64,000 nucleotides of DNA, from assembly GCA_047495785.1 (NCBI GenBank), contig JBLDXI010000014.1, positions 186,001-250,000 of the forward strand. The letters run 5' to 3'. A program made the position numbers and the translations under genes. Positions 60,801 to 64,000 of the stretch are shown piece by piece; position 1 is the stretch's first letter; every line of letters starts with the position of its first letter. Source of the DNA: Lepidodermella squamata. Lineage: Eukaryota; Animalia; Gastrotricha. The notes under the pieces were generated by a model. The model saw only the letters and a program-made list of their open reading frames with translations, did no database searches and was not told the DNA's origin.

Positions 60801-63162
60801 CGCCGTGAAATGCTCGACAGATCTCGGCATGAAAACTTTTTTCGGCGGGGTGAAACTGATCGGCTGCGATTTACCCCGACCACCATAAATTATCAGTGTT
60901 ATACTGGTGGTGGAAACTCCAGCCGGTAAATCACCGGTCGTGACTCGAACTTCCCATACATGATCTATAAAAAATTCTTTAAAAAAAACGATCGAAGGTG
61001 TAAAAAATGACCAACTGATTGGCTCTTCGCGAGTATCGCGTTTTCGCATTTTGACAAAGCCGGCAACTTTTGCGGTCATTTTTGGTGGTGGGGCCTTGTT
61101 GTCCCGCTTTAAACTAGTCGTCGCCTTTTTCGAAAACGACTGCACATCGGCAAGGATCTCCGACCTCGACCGCTGCATTTTCTTCTTATTCAAATCGTTC
61201 AACACAGCGTCAGATCTCGATTTGATCTTATCGCCCTTTTTCAGCCCAGTATTTGGCCCAATAGTCGGCTGGATGACAGGAAGAGGCTCGCCAATATTGG
61301 CGAGATGTTGGCCTAACCGGGATCGTCTTGAATGGCCTACGTTGCCATCGGCTCCAATTCGGGGTAACGAATGGGACGGCTTCGGCTCTGAATCCTTGTC
61401 GAATTGGACTTTCCGTTGCCGGTCTAGGACAACAGTTTTCGACCGAAGTCTTTTCGCCGGTGGTAATTCGTGAGCTGGAAGAAGATTGACAGGTCGTCGG
61501 AATTCGGGCGCCTCTCTCGAGCCTTTCTTGCCCTTGACGCCCGGGAGCGTAGGCAACGGCTCAGATCGGCGTAAATCCGCCTGGGTCGGCGCTTTTGGAA
61601 GAGTGAATGATCGCTCCATCGGAGGTAAAACTACGGTGTCGAACCGGCGGAGTGGGGGACCGGGAAGAGATTTGCTGAGTTCGTTCGGCTTTTTCGCATC
61701 TCGATCAGCCATTTTCGCGAGGTCGCGTTCCTGCAGATTCGCGTACTTTGAGTACCCAGTCATGGGCTTGTAGTGATCGCCGAAACTGATCACGAAAGCT
61801 GGCGCATCGCTTCGGAACATGTCTTCTATGTCGAGAACTAGCCGCCCGTCAATAGTAAAAACCCGCTCTACAGGCAGGCCGAACATTTCACTCAAATCTG
61901 CCTTCACTTTGAGCATGTTGCTTGCAGTCGATGTAGTCAATGAGTAATGTCGAACATTGTCGGGATCGCCGTTACCTGGACGAAAACAAATCAGGGTTTT
62001 TATTTAAAAAATCCCAAAATTCAGAAATAAACTAGGAATCTGAGAATACCTAAGGGACCGTAACGTAGGGTAACTTTGAATAAAGCCATATTTTCGGGAG
62101 AATAAAACTCAGCTGGCTCGAAATATTCTGAAATTTGATTAAGAATTCGCCCTAGAAATTTGGGTCGAATTTTCAAGAAGATTTTTATTCAAAAATATTC
62201 CATCATTAAAAATGAATTAGGGAGTCCCAAAAAATCCAATTTGTTGAATTTTTCTGAAAATCAAATTTTGCTCCAATCACCTCAAATTTCAAGTCAAACG
62301 ACGAGTCGATAAATTTTATGAAAAAAACGGGTTCCTAGCGTACAACCCAAAGGGGTTGTTAAATTGCAAACCCTTAAGTGTCTAAGACCGACCGGTTCTG
62401 TCCGCAATCAACCCTCGTTACGGTATTAAACAAATTTTGTTAGAGTACTCACGGATTAAAATGACCCGTCGGACTCGTTCAGCCCACGGCGCGTCCTTGC
62501 CCCGCATTTTCTCTTCTGCCTTCATGCGATCGAGCTGCCGCAGTTCTTGCTTTCGCTTAATCCGACTCTGAACATCCGGCAATTCAGAGTCACTCGGCTC
62601 GTCAGCCAGCAGACCCGTTCGAATGAAGCGGCTGTCCTCTCGAATGTAATCAGGCTGCGGCTTCGACGCCACGAATGGCTGCGGATCGACCTGCATATTG
62701 TTAACATCGATCGGCTTTGCACTTTCCGTAGACGACGAACACACGTAACTGCCTTCGTTCGTGATCTGATCTAAATCTTGAATTTGATGCCGACCTAAGC
62801 GAATTCGAATAAAATTTTAAACTATCCACCGTAATAATACAGTAAGCCTTACCTCTGGGGGTAAAAATCGCACGAACTCCCCGCGGGAGTTTGACCCGGT
62901 CTCCGAGATCGCTCAATAGCGCGGTTATATTATTGTACTTTCGCCGATTTATCGCGACTCGAACAGGCGCGAATCGCTGGTCGCCCTCGCGGTAGAAATA
63001 GGCGAACTTTCCGTTGAATTTATCAGAATCGCGCGGTAAATGAGCAGGTTGATTCTGCTGCCGCGAAACTTGCGGCATCTGGCCGCGATACGGCACTAAA
63101 GCTGAGGTGTTGTTAGCCGCATGGTTGACCATCGGCTGCTGGTAGAAGGTTTCAGCTAGCAT
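57847..63162 (-). CDS. RP1-like protein: 2 doublecortin (DCX) domains, 2 PLAT/LH2 domains, a probable beta-trefoil region, a Lys/Pro/Glu-rich tail and C-terminal CaaX
   Basis: DCX1 FYREGDQRFAPVRVAINRRKY...LPRGVRAIFTPRG; DCX2 NGDP...VERVFTIDGRLV; PLAT1 WEVRVTTGD...IGDIYKIRI...FPCKRWLS; PLAT2 YDVIVHTGN...GDRGDTG...GWYVENI...FPVSRWL; ends KKEQKKGCVIS*. Confidence 0.85.
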
Positions 63163-63321
63163 GGCCGCTCTCAGGTGTGAACTATCATCGCTTCGAGTCT
63201 AGAAGATACGTCATGCTGGTCGCAATTAATCGTTTTTTGCTGCTGCTGCTATAATCTATCTGTCTCGGTACGATTGGCGCCAATGCAAAAATTGAAAGTA
63301 CTGCGCCTGGTTTGTGCACCT

Positions 63322-63337
63322 GTCACTCCTTAGCAAC
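63322..63337 (-). promoter_or_regulatory. Candidate RFX X-box upstream of the RP1-like gene
   Basis: GTTGCTAAGGAGTGAC on the minus strand has a good GTTGCT half-site but an atypical spacer; about 160 bp upstream of the ATG at 63162. Confidence 0.3.
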
Positions 63338-63625
63338 GCTATCGATTACGGGCCATCAAACACGCTACTGCCTTAAAAATCGATCGCATCAATTGACAGT
63401 TATGAGCACCACTTATACGCATGACGAAAAAATGATGTTGAATATGATAGGGCTTGAAATATCGGTAATCAAATTTGTTCCAAAATTGCCCTCACTTACC
63501 AACCAAATAAGGCCACTAATGTAAAAATCTTTGTTTATTTGTCAACAACTTCTTATCGTTGCAACGGCTGAAAATTAGATGAGCACGCATGATTTGAGAC
63601 AACCTTTGATTAGATCCAAATTTTG

Positions 63626-64000
63626 CTAGCGTTTCATTTCATTTTCGTCCTCTTCATCGTCTTTTGGTGAAATCAACAAAGCTGCAGAAGTGTACCAAAT
63701 GTAAAACCTGAAGTGTAAATAAACAAAGAAAATAATAGCTAAAAAATAAACCTAAATTTTATGATTACTCTGATCCATTAGAGCTGCATTGCTTCTGGCG
63801 AACCAGAACATGTCCTATTTTCTGCTTCGGCCAATCGTTGACAAAAACGACAGGGCCATCTATGGCACTGCCAGCTGATTTGCCCAGTTTGAATCGAGAG
63901 AGCAACTCAGCGGCTGCTTCGTCCTCCTCTTGCTTCTCGAGTAAGCCGCGAAAGACCTCGGCCGGGTCTTCCCAATCGAACATTATAGTTTTCTGAGGGA
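63626..64000 (-). CDS. 3' end of an unidentified gene entering from the right edge
   Basis: ORF 63765-63983 splices (gtaatc...cttcag) into EFYIWYTSAALLISPKDDEEDENEMKR*, with the stop at 63626-63628. Confidence 0.6.

Noticed and set aside
1-64000. Non-canonical splice sites or an alternative genetic code
   Set aside because: Every junction I reconstructed was GT-AG, and conserved proteins (SSU72, NC1, SLC5) read correctly in the standard code.

Overview
This is eukaryotic (invertebrate animal) genomic DNA from a compact genome. Genes are densely packed and split by mostly 39-60 nt canonical GT-AG introns, so the six-frame ORF track fragments nearly every gene, and I spliced the models by hand. 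From left to right: MEGF6 (minus, runs off the left edge); an intronless 7-ankyrin gene; a very short type IV-like collagen (about 40 Gly-X-Y triplets plus a full NC1); a tightly spaced minus-strand run of two divergent Cys-loop channels and two orphan 7TM paralogs; a MITE; an orphan gene; five tandem SLC5 (SMCT/SMVT/NIS-like) transporters with an ankyrin pseudogene between the first two; a 77-aa His/Cys-rich peptide gene; two head-to-head Ly6/three-finger genes; a candidate secreted peptide; a standalone TINAGL1-type somatomedin-B protein; SSU72; a 17+17 bp palindrome with an 8-bp target-site duplication (P-element-type excision footprint); a PRXamide/neuromedin-U-family GPCR; a Tc1/pogo-type MITE; an RP1-like DCX-DCX-PLAT-PLAT protein ending in CaaX; and the 3' end of one more gene. 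The best candidates for something undescribed are the operon-like orphan-receptor cassette (13.0-18.6 kb), the His-rich metal-binding peptide, the mini collagen IV and the SLC5 paralogs with mucin stalks and signalling-type tails. No database searches were run. Family calls rest on recognised motifs, and the species cannot be identified from this window.
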